A DNA stretch of 64,000 nucleotides from Eledone cirrhosa. Taxonomy: Eukaryota. The notes beneath the pieces were generated by a model. That model was given only the letters and a program-made list of their open reading frames with translations, made no database searches and was not told the DNA's origin. The stretch's first letter is position 1; every line of letters starts with the position of its first letter. The stretch spans positions 54,932,001 to 54,996,000 of the forward strand of contig OZ024741.1 of the NCBI GenBank assembly GCA_964016885.1. Direction: 5' to 3'. This document shows positions 12,394-26,110 of this stretch, one piece after another. The position numbers and the translations under genes were made by a program.

Positions 12394-12709
12394 CAATTGG
12401 AAAGAAATAGCTAAATGGGTTTTACGTGAATTTATAGAAAGCCACACAAAAAAACAGAGTTTTCAGCTTTTTTGCGAAGGCAAGAAACTGATCCATTCCT
12501 AAAACGCATAGTAAGGTTTGGTGAAACATAAATTCTCTATAACAAATCGGAGGGGTCTGCTCAGTTTCTTGACAAATATGAAGCACGAAAGCATTTCCCA
12601 AAGCCCCAGTTCCATCAGAATACGTGCATGGGTACAGTGTGATGAATTGTTGATCTGATAATTCACTACAGTTTTTTGAAACCAGGAGAAACAATTATAA
12701 CCTGAACTG

Positions 12710-13095
12710 TAGTCCTTGAGGCAAGCTTTAGAGCTTACGCACGCTTCAACTATGGAACACGGTTGGTTTGGTAAACAATAAGTTCTTTGTGTATATTCTA
12801 TTTCTGCACTACATACATGTCCAATATACTTGAGGTGGTGTGCATAGATGAAGTTTGGTAAGGGAGGAGTTTTCACAATATTTTATATTTCTATGTTAGT
12901 GTATACAAAACTGTATTCTATTTCATCATTATTGACCCTGCTCCAACCTCATTTAACCATGTGTTTTGGAAATTGAATCCAGCATGCTTCCGTGTTTCGT
13001 ATTTCAGTTTCTATTGGAAACCAATATTGTACTCTATATGTCTGTCAAGATCTCACATATGCTTCAAGTAACTTTCTTCTTATGTTATTATTAAT
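12710..13095 (-). mobile_element. LINE (RTE-like) 3' fragment inside the mariner
   Basis: HHLKYIGHVC motif, typical of the post-RT region of RTE/CR1-type LINEs; interrupts the transposase. Confidence 0.55.
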
Positions 13096-14648
13096 ATTGT
13101 AGTTAGACGAAATAAACAGAACATTGCACCAAAAAGTATACAAGTATAGTCCAATTCGTTTTCATGATAATGATCGCCCACATATGGACAATTTTAGAAT
13201 AGAATATTTGCCTTACACTGCATATTTTCCTGACCTCTCTCCTACCGAATATCAATATTACAAACACCTTGACAGCTATACAATAAATAAACAGTTTCAG
13301 AATAAAGCAGCTGTAGAAGAAGCCTTTAAAGAGTTTATCGACTCTGCGGATGCTGTGTTTTATAGGAAGAGCCTAAATAGCCTTCTAGGTTGGCAGAAGT
13401 GTATTAAGTTTCAACTAGGTAATTTTGATTGAATATATTTTGCTACACTTGTTTTGTTTAACATCAATTTTTTTCCGCTAAGAATAAGCGACAAAAGTTA
13501 TGAGACAACAATAGTTTTTTATAAAAGACAGTCCTCGTTTGAATGTTTTTATCATAGGTCTGCACGAGAAAAGTTTAGCATGGTCAATCTATACTCTCTC
13601 ACTTCTAAATTATTATAAATTTTATTAGCGAAAGACTTAAAAGACTTGTCACATCCAATAAAAAGATATACACAGGGTTTATGGAAATGCATTTACTGAT
13701 AAACATATCAAATGCAGAAATGCATGAAAGTATTTCATTTTCTGTAGTGACAGGGAAAAAGAAGTCATACGGGACTTGACATATACTTTCAATCTTAATT
13801 ATGTGATCTCATTTAAATAAAGTGTTCAGATATAAAACAATCCCATCTTACTTAACAATACTTATGATATAAAAATATCAAAAGCAATCAAGAATTCTGG
13901 TGGTCAACACTCTACACTTTGGTCTCAGCGTCTTATACATATGATGAGATGAAGACAACACGGAATTCATACTGAAGCATGTTTCCATCAGCCATCTAAC
14001 ATTCTGCAGTTTGTGGACTCCGATTCAGGAGAGAGATTACAAAGATTTCGGATTTATGAATAGTGATACATTTCATGCCCGAGGTACTTAGATTCTAACA
14101 ATGAACAAACACAGTCTCTTTTAGAATGAGAGAACGAGAGAACCGAAGAACAAGACATGCTGGTCACTGAAAGGAAATTGTTCTCAGTGGCTTAGACTGC
14201 TCCTACCAATGTTAACCTGATAGTATGAAGCTAACTAGCGGCGATCCAACGAGCCCCAGGAAGAAGGTTGTCATTATGTATCAACTAAACTACTAGGAAA
14301 GGCAATGAGTGGAAGAATGTTGGAAGATTCCTTTGCAATATTCATTCTGGCTCTCTTCTTTCTTAGTTCAAAATCCATCAGGGTTAACTTTGCCAGTTCA
14401 GTACTGGGCTCCTTTCTTCCACTAAGCCTCTTTTTAACTTCTCTATCATTCTCGCTTTCTCAGATTTGGAGAGGAGATCGGCTTCGCCAGGTTTTAAAAG
14501 TTGTCCAAGACACGCCGTATGTCACTGTGATGTCTCTACGAGTCCAACAGGAGTTGTGGGATCATATTACTAGGAAAGTTTTACAATTCTACTATCTGAA
14601 GCAAATAACAGAAAATAGGAGAACTGTGTAGAAATTTATGCCTGGAAG

Positions 14649-15043
14649 CAGTGGCGGACTGGGTCTAAAAACATTGGTTGCCAGATGAAGGGGGCCCCAC
14701 CTACAAATAGAATGCTTTCATTTAATTCTTATAATGAATAAATAGCATTTTCAAAAATTACGTAAGTGGAAACAAAACTATGCAATCAAATTTTTGCAAA
14801 AAAAAATATCTTACCTTCTCCAATAAAAAATATTTTGTATTTTGCGAAATCCAGAGACTTTCAATAATGACCTTTGGTCTTTCACAAACACTCAATATAT
14901 ATATATGCGAGTGCGTGTATATGTGTCCATGTAGATGAGTATATATAGATTTATATATATATGTATACATAACATGTTTTCAGCTTGTACAAAAATCCCT
15001 AGGGATCTAATTGACATTGTATATATATGTATATTTATATGTC

Positions 15044-15074
<31 letters not shown>

Positions 15075-15161
15075 GTATATGTATGTATGTGTATGTGTGT
15101 GTTTATGAATATATATATATATATATATATACATACATATATATATGTATATGTATGTGTG

Positions 15162-15204
<43 letters not shown>

Positions 15205-15273
15205 CACCTTCACCACCTTTACCACTAATTGGTACCAAACATTATTTGGTCAGCAGTTCGTGTGTATGTGTAA

Positions 15274-15317
<44 letters not shown>

Positions 15318-16216
15318 TGCTTGTTAAAATAATCAAATTAAATTAACTCGACAGTTAAACACATAGGAATAATAGGTTGTTACCAAAGAGCCAGAAGATT
15401 GATCAGTCGACCCTAAATATGACTAATAGCTCTAGGAAATCCATGAACCACACGACATCTTTTAAACTTTGATTTTGAAAGTAGGTTTATAATTATTAAT
15501 TTTCATTATACGTTTGTAGCTGTCTCGGCGGCCTAGTTTGAGGAATCGTAGACGGTGGTAACCCTGGTCTGTAGTTCGATCCTGGTCGGGAGTAGGTTTC
15601 CCGGCAAACCTTTTTAGTTTTTTATATGGGATGTAAAATAAAAACTGAAAAAGGTTACATGCACGTCTTGACCAGTATTGAACCCAAAGCCAGGATCCCC
15701 ACCGTCTCTAGTACCTACCGCTAGGCCGCAGAGACAACTACGAGAATGTTATGAAAATTCATACTTATAAACCTACTTTCAAAATTTTCAATAGAAAATC
15801 ATGTGCTGTCGTTCATGTGTTTCTCATGTTATTGCTCCTACTTAAGGTCGACTTCTAAATCATTTGGGTGTTCTATAAAGTAAATCCTCGTTTTGTTTCT
15901 CATCTATCTAGACTATATTTCAACCTGTAATCCATGTTCCATTTCTTCTGCACCTCATTTCTCTATCATATATTTTAGTTTCTATTAATTCCCTGGGGAA
16001 TTGGTTGACCAAATGCTTTGCTTAATTGTTTTATTTATTTTTTAATAAATTTTATTATTTCTCTTAGACTTCAGGTATTTTTTGAAAGCAAAGCATTGGC
16101 CCCTAAAATACTACAGTGGCCTTGCAATGCTACTGTGGGTTCCTGCAATGTTACGGTGGGACCCCTGGAGCCCACTCGTCATTGGGCAACCTGGCAACCT
16201 GGCCAGTCCGCAACTG
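14649..16216. mobile_element. Non-autonomous hAT-type DNA transposon
   Basis: TIRs cagtggcggactgg / ccagtccgcaactg; 8 bp TSD cctggaag / cgtggaag. Confidence 0.8.
15406..15852. mobile_element. Palindromic element with a tRNA-like Pol III unit in each arm
   Basis: Arms ~15406-15627 and ~15635-15852 are diverged reverse complements. Each has an A-box-like gcggcctag, a B-box gttcgatcc/ggttcaatac and a T5 run. Confidence 0.7.
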
Positions 16217-17075
16217 CGTGGAAGGTCTTGTGAGGACAACTATCATACAATAGTCTGAAAAATATATAAATCATCGAGCTATTCACTAGTGCCAAAATTC
16301 CAGTCTCTCTATCCCAAATTAGAACAAGACATTGCAATAGTTTGAAGATGTAACGGCCAGAGCCCGTAAACATCCTTTTGTAAAAGCTGCAAGATGTACA
16401 GTGGAGAAAGAGTGGAAACTTTAGATTATCATAATGCGCCCATGTGATTCATCAGAGCATGTCGGAGTGGATAATATAGTCCTCAGTTAAATTTACCACG
16501 GCCATTACTCACACTCGAACATGACTTGTTTTCATTAAGGATGTTAGGTAATTATATCGATAGTTAACATACACAGATAACACTCCAAATATCTCGCACT
16601 TGATCCAATGTGATATTTCCTGCTAACAGCTAAAAGAAGGGACGGCCACCCCAGTACTTGACAGGCATTTTCTTTCTCGACCCCCAAGGTATGAAAAGCA
16701 AAATAGGCCTGTTTGTAATTTCAACTCAAAATGAATAAAATTTAGATTGGGTTGATATAACTTTTTATTAATATGTGAAATATATTGTTACCGTTTAGTC
16801 GTTTGGCTGACACCGCGAGGAACAACAAAATAGTGAATATTTGCTTTCGAACAATACGCGTAAATTGTATTGGGAAAGATCCGGATGAACTGTGCCAGAA
16901 AACTCCCTTCATCATTCACCGAATATACGACTCAGAACAAAGGAAGCAGTATAGTTAATGGCGGTGCTTAAGCTCGACAACCAGCACATAACCAGTAAAG
17001 GAGTAGAGACTATATATAAATAATATATATATATCAGAGTGTTGTAGTTTGCTTGAAGCATTGTTTATGGTTTTC

Positions 17076-17121
<46 letters not shown>

Positions 17122-17191
17122 ATATATATCTACGTATGTGTGTGTGTGCGTGCGTACGTATATATGCGTGTATGTACATATACACATATAC

Positions 17192-17271
<80 letters not shown>

Positions 17272-17304
17272 GTATATGTGTATATGTACATACACGCATA
17301 TATA

Positions 17305-17371
<67 letters not shown>

Positions 17372-17539
17372 GTGTGTGAGAGAGAGAGAGAGAGAGAGAG
17401 TGTGTTTGTGTGTGTATAAATACATGTATGTATCACTGTATTTTTCCTATTTAATTTATAGTAGGTCACCTTGACATAAAACGTCCATCTATTTCATATC
17501 TGAATTGCAAATTTATTGCATTTATACAGACATTATATA

Positions 17540-17582
<43 letters not shown>

Positions 17583-17638
17583 ATATATATATACATATAT
17601 ATATATATGGATATCTCTCTCTCTCTATATATATATAT

Positions 17639-17718
<80 letters not shown>

Positions 17719-17777
17719 ATGTATGTATCTATGTATATATATATTTATATATATATATATACATATATATATATGTA

Positions 17778-17814
<37 letters not shown>

Positions 17815-18339
17815 GATATATATAGGTATGTATGCACATATATATATAAAGAGAGAAAGAAGGATGAGAAGAGAGAGAGACGGAGACAGAGAAAGGGGAG
17901 GCGTTAGGAATTGGATGATGATAGTAGTATTTTAATGTAGGGTATATATGAAAAGAGTGGAGGATAACATATAAATACGAGATTGAATAAAGAAATTTAA
18001 AGCAGGGAATATTTAAAAACTCAACCAAACAAATAAAGAAAAAGATATATATTTCTAGTGACAATATGGATGCTTCTAGTAAATATACGGACGACAATTT
18101 AATGCTTTGGTCCTTTTCAATCCCATATAAGAATTGTGAAGCGTTTAATGTTTGATATACTGAGTATATGTATGTGCCATAACTCTCATGGGGGCGCTAT
18201 AGTGACATACGGCGTTTTGGGAGTCATTTTGCTGTTAAACCTGATAAATCTGATCTCCTCGGCGAATCTGAACACAGCCGATTTCTTCCAAATAAGGAGA
18301 GAGGCAGTAAATGATAGAGAGGAAGTGAGAAATAGCTAT

Positions 18340-18625
18340 CTTTCTTTATTTGTCACAGGGGCGTACAAAAATGGGACATTACAAGAAGTGACGGCGGGGG
18401 GTTTTACATAAAATGTTTAACAATGATAAATAACAATAAACTATATAAAAATAAAACAATTGAAATCCCCATTAGGGGGGGGGGATGCTACTGCGGGGTT
18501 GATTTACACCCCGTGGATAGAACAACCCTCAACACCAGGAACACGTTTTGTAGGTGTTCCCGTCTTCCCTCTGTTTATCTTCCTACAGCTTTATATACAG
18601 AGAAGGCCCATTCACCCGGGCCTTA
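18340..18625 (-). mobile_element. 5'-truncated Tx1-type LINE (ORF2 end + 3' UTR)
   Basis: Minus strand encodes ARVNGPSLYIKL*, versus ARVNGPSLYISL* in the full copy; similar 3' UTR ending in aataaa. Confidence 0.8.
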
Positions 18626-18782
18626 GATAGAGAGGAAGAATCGATCCAGCACTCTGGTATTTTTTATCAAAGAACGAAAAGCAAAGTTGACAACGCGAGT
18701 GCAGAGAACAGGAATAAATACCACAAAGCTTTAAAACAGCCAATTCGTCGTCTATCCTGATTTTATATATCTATCTATCTAC

Positions 18783-18823
<41 letters not shown>

Positions 18824-19049
18824 ATCTCTTTACGATGGACACATGTGCTGAGCTCGCTCGGTAAGTTTCGTTTAAATTTATCCGGAAATTGTGAACTGTA
18901 AACTTTCATTTTTGTACCATTTTGTAGAGGGACTGCCAGGTCAAATTTTGATCTGGTCGGTCTCTCAAAATATTCTGCGCCTTTGGGCGAAATAGTATTG
19001 TAAACATTTTATCTTTCGAAAAACTTCGAAAAACCCTATTTTGAGAAAA

Positions 19050-20172
19050 ATGGCTGAAGCATCTTCACCATCAATCAAAGAAGGAAAGGGGAAGTCATAC
19101 TCACAGCTTCCCCCTGCTACTGTCACAGCAGCAGATGCCAAAGACAGAGGTCAGAGAGAGGAAGAATTGTCTTCCCCTGTTGACCGACCACTAGATGTAG
19201 CCACAACTATACAAGAAACTGAAAACAATAACAACAACAACGACAACAACAGCAACAATAAAGACAACAAAAACAACAACAACACAAACGTCACAAGTAT
19301 CCACACACCAAACGAGAAAGACAACAACAACAACAAAGATGAAAACAACTCAAACGACGAGAAACAAAACAATACAAACACCAACAATGAAAACAAAATA
19401 TCTTTTGCACAAACGGCTAAATTATCAGTCACTTATGTGCTTGAAGATATTTCAAAAGCAAAAGAAATGCTGGAAAAAGCCAGGAAATATGTATCTTTTG
19501 GCGAAAACGGTTCGTTTTCTATAAATTCACCTCCAGAACTAAAAAAACAGACGGAATTACGAACTGTCGTATTCCGTGCAATTTTAAATAAAACAAAAAA
19601 ACCAGCACAACCATCTCAAGCTGAAATTCAGTTAGTACTGAAAGAAGCGATGAGAGACATCACTTTCATATAAAAGGATAAACTCTATGGGAGTTTATCC
19701 ATATTGATGAAAGACGAATTGGCGGCGAAGAAATAATCTGTGTCGCCAATTCGTTCCACACACTACACCTTCTTCCCCACCTACATGGGTAAAAAAACCC
19801 GAGGATATGGATAACCACCATCACCCCAAACATAAACTACTGGTGGTTACTAACCGGTTTCCTCAATTTAGACGAGGACAACCTCATTTCAATAGGGAAG
19901 GCATCCGGCGACGCGTTCAGTGGAACGAGCATCGAAGTTCTGACCCAAATAAGGCCAGAATCCATCGCCCAAATCCCTGAGCGCGTCATGCTGGATGACC
20001 GTACCCACCTCAACATTATTGTGGAGGGTAGGCGTCCCTCCTGTTACCTCTGTGGCAATAGAGGTCACCTGAGGGCTGCCTGTCCCCAGCTCACACAGAA
20101 AATAACATTGCTACCAACACCAACACCACCCCAACAACAACAACAAAAACCAACAACACCACCACCACCACC

Positions 20173-20203
<31 letters not shown>

Positions 20204-20892
20204 ACACGTGAAAAAATAACACAGAATACTGTCCCACCCAATCCCTCCCCACCCAAAACAAATACAAAAACACACACACCGCAAACACTACCAGAAAACA
20301 TACCCCTCCCACCCAACAAGGAAGACGAACCTCTTTCGTCGCAAGACGAAAAAGATCCCTTCCAACAAGTAAAAAGAAAGAAGAGGAGACGCACCACAGA
20401 CACACATGTTAACTTTAACCCCCCCCCCCCCCCAAGAGAACACAAACTACACACAAACCACCCCGCCCTGTCACACAACACTAACTGCTACACAAAAAAA
20501 GACCTTACAATATACATACATGAACACAGACAACAAAGAATTACTGAAAACAATTTCAGCAAACCCTTCGGTCCAAACCGAAGGGCCTAACTTTATAACT
20601 GCTGTGGGACTACCTCATTTAAAAATGATCAAAGTCCCAATGAACTTGTACAAAACACAGAAAATAAATTTCACGGAGGACGTGGGCCCCCCCCCTGCGC
20701 CAAACCAATCAACCGCGTCCTCCTAAAAAATTTCACCCCCCACCCCACCCAGTCACCCACTCAACCACAAACACCTGAACCCCACAACACACTGATGCCC
20801 CTTCACTTCCACAAACCACCACCTCACCCAACAACCCATCCCCAACCAGCATGGAAATTGAGCGGCCCGTTTCCCGGGACGCAGAGAGGTAA
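19050..20892 (+). pseudogene. Tx1 ORF1 (gag-like, CCHC knuckle), disrupted
   Basis: ATG at 19050; CYLCGNRGHLRAAC = CX2CX4HX4C; basic KRKKRRR; N/Q/P-rich tracts; several stops and frameshifts. The end at 20892 is inferred. Confidence 0.75.
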
Positions 20893-20916
20893 GTGCCTTT
20901 TCTCCTTACCACCAAC

Positions 20917-23900
20917 ATGGCTGTGCTAAGAGTAGGGTGTCTAAATGCGTGTGGCCTGGGCTCATCTTGGAAGCAAGCAATGCTTCTAAATGACCTCAGG
21001 TCACAATCTATAAATGTGATGGTTATCTGCGAGGCCCGGATCAGCAACATGCGGCAGCTAGCCCCCACCTTTGACGACTTTGAGAAGCACGCATCTCTCT
21101 GTCAGCCAGGAGGTGGGGGTGGGGTTGTCGTTCTGCTGCAAAAACATCTGGGCCTTGCAACACAGATAGTTCACTTGGACCCAGGGGGTCGACTGGTGGT
21201 GCTGGACCTTGGCAGTGGTGAAGGTAGAGCCTTTAGGCTGGTAGCCGCATATGCCCCTTTTGGGACAGAGCGGCCCGACTTTTTCCAGCGTCTGGAGTCT
21301 TTTCTAGGGACGTCCCGTTCCCTGCTTTTAGTGGGGGATTGGAATGGTATCCTGGATGCACGTTGGGACTATGCAGTGGCATGTCCCGATAGAGAGGGGT
21401 GCAACAGCCTCAAGGGGTTACTCGGCCGATATGACCTGGCCGATAGATTTCGACTAGATTTTCCGACTGTGCCAACCTGGTCTTGGTCAAATCGCAGCGG
21501 ATCATCTAGGTCGTACCTAGATAGATTTTTAGTTTGAAATAAGGACAGGGACTTTTTAAGTTGTCCAGAAATGCTCATGGTTGGCTATTCAGACCACAAA
21601 GTGGTGACCTGCATGGTCAACCTTGATAGAACGCATAGACAGGGCCCCAGTTACTAGAAGCTCAACTTGTCCTTGCCGGCAAGTAGAGCTTACAGGGATC
21701 GGATTAGTACGTTAGTTAAGGAACGGTTGACTGGAGCGATCGTCAACAGCAGGTGGTGGGTATCTCTAAAGAGAGAGATTAGAGTAGTCTCGATAGAATT
21801 TAGTAAGGTTCTAGCTGCGGATAGGAATAGGAAGGAAAGGGAGCTAATAGATAGAGTAGAAGAGGCAATTAGAAGCGGCGACGTGGCCAGAGTGCTAGCG
21901 TCGAGAACGGCTTTGAGCCAGTTTTTCGACGCCAAGCACGAAGGCTGCGTAGTCCGAAGTAAAATACGTTGCTCTAGGGAATGAGGGGACCAAAGCTGTT
22001 AGCTGGGCCCGCGTGACAGAGGCCAACAGTGGAACTAAATCCACCATCCGGTCTTTGCGAGACCTGGATGGACGGGCGATTCTTGAGCCTAAGCAGATGT
22101 GTGAGGCCTTTCAAAGGCACTTTGCCCGACTGTTCGGGAGGGGCGGGGAGCCGGTTGGGAATGTGGACTTCGGTCCATACCTCGACGGCCTGCCGCTTCT
22201 CTCGGACAGGGAGGCGAAGTCCTGCGAGGAGCCTATTTCGGCCGCTGAGATAGAGGACGTGCTGAGCCAATGCGGCAAACGCAAATCCCCGGGTCTCGAT
22301 GGTCTTCCTTACGAATTATATCTAGCTATGCCGGACTTGTTCCCCGATCTCCTCGAGGCAGTCTACTGCAACTGGCAACAGAACGGGAGAATTCCCTGTA
22401 CTGTGACCAAGGCGTAGTCACGCTAGTGAGGAAGGACGAGAACAAGGGGGACGAAATAAGTAACTTCAGGCCCATAACTCTGCTAAATACAGAGTTACAG
22501 ATTTTGGCCAAGGTGCTAGCAAAGAGGTTGGCGCTTGTCGTGGGCAACCTAGTGGGAGATGCGCAGAAATGCGCTATCCCGTCCAGGTCCATCCATGACA
22601 ACCTCCACCTCATGCGATACATCATAGAGAGGGTTGGGAACGAACCCGGCTTTGGTGGGACTCTGATCAACTTGGTTCAATCTAAGGCGTTCGATAGGGT
22701 CGACCATGGTTACCTGGATGCGGTGCTAGCGGCGGCAGGCTTCGGACCCGTTTTCAGGGGCTGGATCACTGCTATGCACAGCAGCCGCATCTGCTCTAGG
22801 GTCAAAGTGAATGGCTACCTCTCGGAGCCGTTCAAAATCGCGCGGTCCATCCGACAAGGGTGCCCTCTCTCCTCCCTTCTGTATGTGTTGACTCTCAAGC
22901 CACAAATGCGGAAGTTGGAGTTGTTGCAGGGCATCCCTTTGGAACCGGGATTGCGGAAAGCGGTGTCGGCCTACGCCGATGACGTGACAGTAATGGTGTC
23001 GACGGCCTCCGAAATCGAGGCGGTCGGCACCTTACTGGAGGAGTACGAAAGGTTCACAGGGACTAAGCTGAACCGGGACAAGTCGATCGGTTTGCAACTC
23101 GGCACGTGGAGGGGCAGACCGATGCCCTCAGATGGCGTCGTCGGACGCTGGACGGAGGGCCCGGTGAACTTGCTCGGGGTCTGGTTCGGATCGGACCTCC
23201 AGGTGGAGAAAAACTGGGCGGAGGTTAAGAACAGGGTGTTTGCACTGACCCAGAAGTGGGCCAGTTGCAAACTATCCCTGAAAGGTCGGGCGGAGGTGGC
23301 GAACACCTATATAGCGTCCGTCATCTACTACCGCCTGACCGTAGTGCCCTGCCCAAGAGAAACCCTCGCCAAGATGGAGCGCGCGCTCTTGCAATTCCTT
23401 TGGAAGAGGCGGGCTCCTATGGTGAGGAGATCCATCTGCTGTCAACACCCTTCGAAAGGAGGGCTGGGGATGCCGTGGCTAATGATGCGTAAACACGCAT
23501 TAAGGCTACGGCACCTCTACGTATTCCTCACCGGTCAACCGGTGTGGGTCTCGTTTGTGAGACGAACCTTTCCCAGACTCGTCTCACTCACCGAGCTGCA
23601 ATCCTGGGTCAAGCAAAGACCGAGAAAACTGGGCGCCTGGCACACTGAGTGTGCCCAGGCGATCACCGCCCTCTGGCAGGCGGATCCGGCTATCACTGGA
23701 GACTCCACCGCAACATTTTATAGAGGGCTGGTACGCAGCAGGTGCGACGACGCCCTCGGAGAAGCCCTAGACATGGAGGAGGACGAACTGGCCAGCCTGT
23801 TCGGTAGGACATTCAGCCCGGGGCCTATGGATAACTTCCAGAAGTCCCTGGCCTGGCAGTGCTACCGAGGGGCTCTACCCGTTCGAGAAAAGCTCTACAG

Positions 23901-24354
23901 ACACGGGCGCCCGGGTAGGGACCCCGCCCAAAAGATCTGTCCCAGATGCGTGTGCGACGAGGAAATTGTTGCACACGCATTGGTACACTGCTCGGGCGTA
24001 GCCGATCTGTGGGGCTATGTCGAACAACTGCTGTCAAGGGTGGGACCGATCCGGTTGACCACCGAGTCTATTGTAATGATCAAGCCGCCTCCCCCCTTCA
24101 AAGATGAAGGAGAGGCGGTGTTTCTGTGCATAATAGCCATGGTGAAAGAAGTTGTATGGTGGACGCGTCTGAAAGGACTGAGGTCAGACACCTTTCTCTC
24201 TGGCCAACAACTGGTCCGTTTCTTCCGATATCATTTCGGAAGAAGGATCAGGATGGAGAGAGAAGTGCTCCACCCCAGTCGTTTTTATGAAAGATGGGTG
24301 AAAGTGGCGAGAATGGCCCGTGTGAATGGGCCTTCTCTTTACATAAGCCTGTAG
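20917..24354 (+). pseudogene. Tx1 ORF2 (APE endonuclease, RT, C-terminal zinc finger), disrupted
   Basis: LNACGL, ICE, AYAP, VGDWN, SYLDRF and YSDHK (APE); SPGLDG, FRPITLLN, KAFDRVDH, RQGCPLS and YADD (RT); CPRC..H..HC. Stops at ~21537, ~21657 and ~21984; frameshift at ~22410. Confidence 0.92.
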
Positions 24355-24617
24355 GTGGAAAAGAGGAAGGAACGAGGGAGCACCCCCTCTCTGTGCTCCT
24401 GTGGAGAAGGGTTGCACACTTTTTTCGGGGGTGTGTGCGACCCCCAAGGCGCCTCCTCTCTATTGAGGATTTTGTTATAAATTTTATTCTTTGTTATATT
24501 TTATTTTATTTTTATATCTTGTTATTGCCTCCTCGTTATTGAGGACGCCTTTTTATGTAAACTCCCCCCATTGTACTTGTCCCACTTGTGATGCCCTGGT
24601 GGCAAATAAAAGAAACA

Positions 24618-24650
<33 letters not shown>

Positions 24651-24675
24651 CTCTCTATATATATATACGTGTAAT

Positions 24676-24742
24676 GTAAGAAATCGGAGAATAGACCGTT
24701 AAAACATGTTTATTTAAAACGGTCTATTCTCCGATTTCTTAC
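24676..24742. repeat. Perfect 25 bp-arm hairpin followed by a PLE-tail-like segment
   Basis: gtaagaaatcggagaatagaccgtt / aacggtctattctccgatttcttac. Confidence 0.85.
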
Positions 24743-24908
24743 TTTCCCACGTGCTTACGCTCTGCTAACTCTCTAGCCCACTAAATATTAACACTTCGAA
24801 TATTTAATACTGCCGTCACTAGTATCGAGCACCTTTGGCATACGCTACTTGGCAAATAACTATATGTATCACCTATCCTCCCTTTTTTCCTCTCTCTCGA
24901 TACGTAAA

Positions 24909-24984
<76 letters not shown>

Positions 24985-24985
24985 A

Positions 24986-25044
<59 letters not shown>

Positions 25045-25059
25045 GTGTGTATATATATA

Positions 25060-26110
25060 TGGTGCTGGTGGTGCTGGTGTTGGTGGGGGTTGAAGTAATG
25101 GTGGTAGTTGTAGAGGTGGTGATGCTGGTGGTGCTGGTGGTGATGCTGGTGCTGGTGGTGGTGGCGGTGGTGGTGTTGGTGGTGGTGGTGCTGGTGCTGA
25201 TGGTGGTGGTGGTGCTGGTGGTGGTGCTGATGTTGGTGGGGGTTGAATTAATGGTGGTAGTGGTAGAGGTGGAGGTGGTAGTGGTGGTGGTGGTGGTGAT
25301 GGTGGTGGTGGTGGTGATGTTGGTGGTGGTGGTGCTAGTGCTGATGGTGGTGCTGGTGCTGGTGGTGGTGCCGGTGGTGCTGGTGGTGCTGATCTGGTGG
25401 GGGTTGAAGTAATGGTGGTAGTGGTAGTGGTGGAGGTGGTGGTGGTAGTGGTGGAGGTGGTGATGTTGGTGGGGGTTGAGGTAATGAGGGTAGTGGTGGT
25501 GGTGCTGATGTTGGTGGGGGTTGAATTAATGGTGGTAGTGGTAGAGGTGGAGGTGGTAGTGGTGGTGGTGGTGGTGATGGTGGTGGTGGTGGTGATGTTG
25601 GTGGGGGTTGAGGTAATGATGGTAGTGGTAGAGGTGGTGGTGGTGGTGGTGGTGCTGGTGGTGCTGATGTTGGTGGGGGTTGAAGTAATGGTGGTAGTGG
25701 TAGAGGTGGAGGTGGTAGTGGTGGTGGTGCTGCTCGTGGTGCTGATGTTGGTGGGGGTTGAAGTAATGGTGGTAGTGGTAGAGGTGGAGGTGGTAGTGGT
25801 GGTGGTGGTGGTGATGGTGGTGGTGGTGGTGGTGGTGCTGGTGGTGCTGATGTTGGTGGGGGTTGAAGTAATGGTGGTAGTGGTAGAGGTGGAGGTGGTA
25901 GTGGTGGTGGTGCTGCTGGTGGTGCTGATGTTGGTGGGGGTTGAAGTAATGGTGGTAGTGGTAGAGGTAATGGCGGTAGTGGTGCTGATGGTGGTGGTGT
26001 TGGTGGTGTCTCCGTGGTGACGGTGGCGAGGTGGTAGTGGTGGTTGTTGTTGTGGTGGAGTAGTAGCTGGATGTGTGAAGGTAGAAGTTGTAGTCGTGGT
26101 AGTGGTGCTA
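25060..26110 (+). repeat. (GGT)n-derived higher-order minisatellite
   Basis: Recurrent 40-100 bp unit gatgttggtgggggttgargtaatggtggtagtggtagaggt(ggt)n, about 10 copies. Confidence 0.9.

Larger units (their letters stand above)
11813..13513 (+). mobile_element. Decayed mariner transposon interrupted by a SINE and an RTE fragment
   Basis: TIR-like ends tattaggttatcccata / ttatgagacaacaata. Transposase remnants KSTISRHLKAIGK, KWV(LRE), FHDNDRPH and PYTAYFPDLSPTEY (YSPDLAP motif). Confidence 0.8.
18824..24617 (+). mobile_element. Full-length Tx1/L1-clade LINE inserted in a (TATC)n microsatellite
   Basis: 5' UTR, ORF1 with zinc knuckle, ORF2 APE-RT-CCHC, 3' UTR with AATAAA; (TATC)n on both flanks. 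Confidence 0.92.

Noticed and set aside
13870-14630. Possible LINE or host-coding remnant
   Set aside because: No diagnostic motif could be read reliably.
15516-15600. Genuine tRNA gene (also the SINE heads)
   Set aside because: A/B boxes are present but no complete cloverleaf; they lie within repeats.
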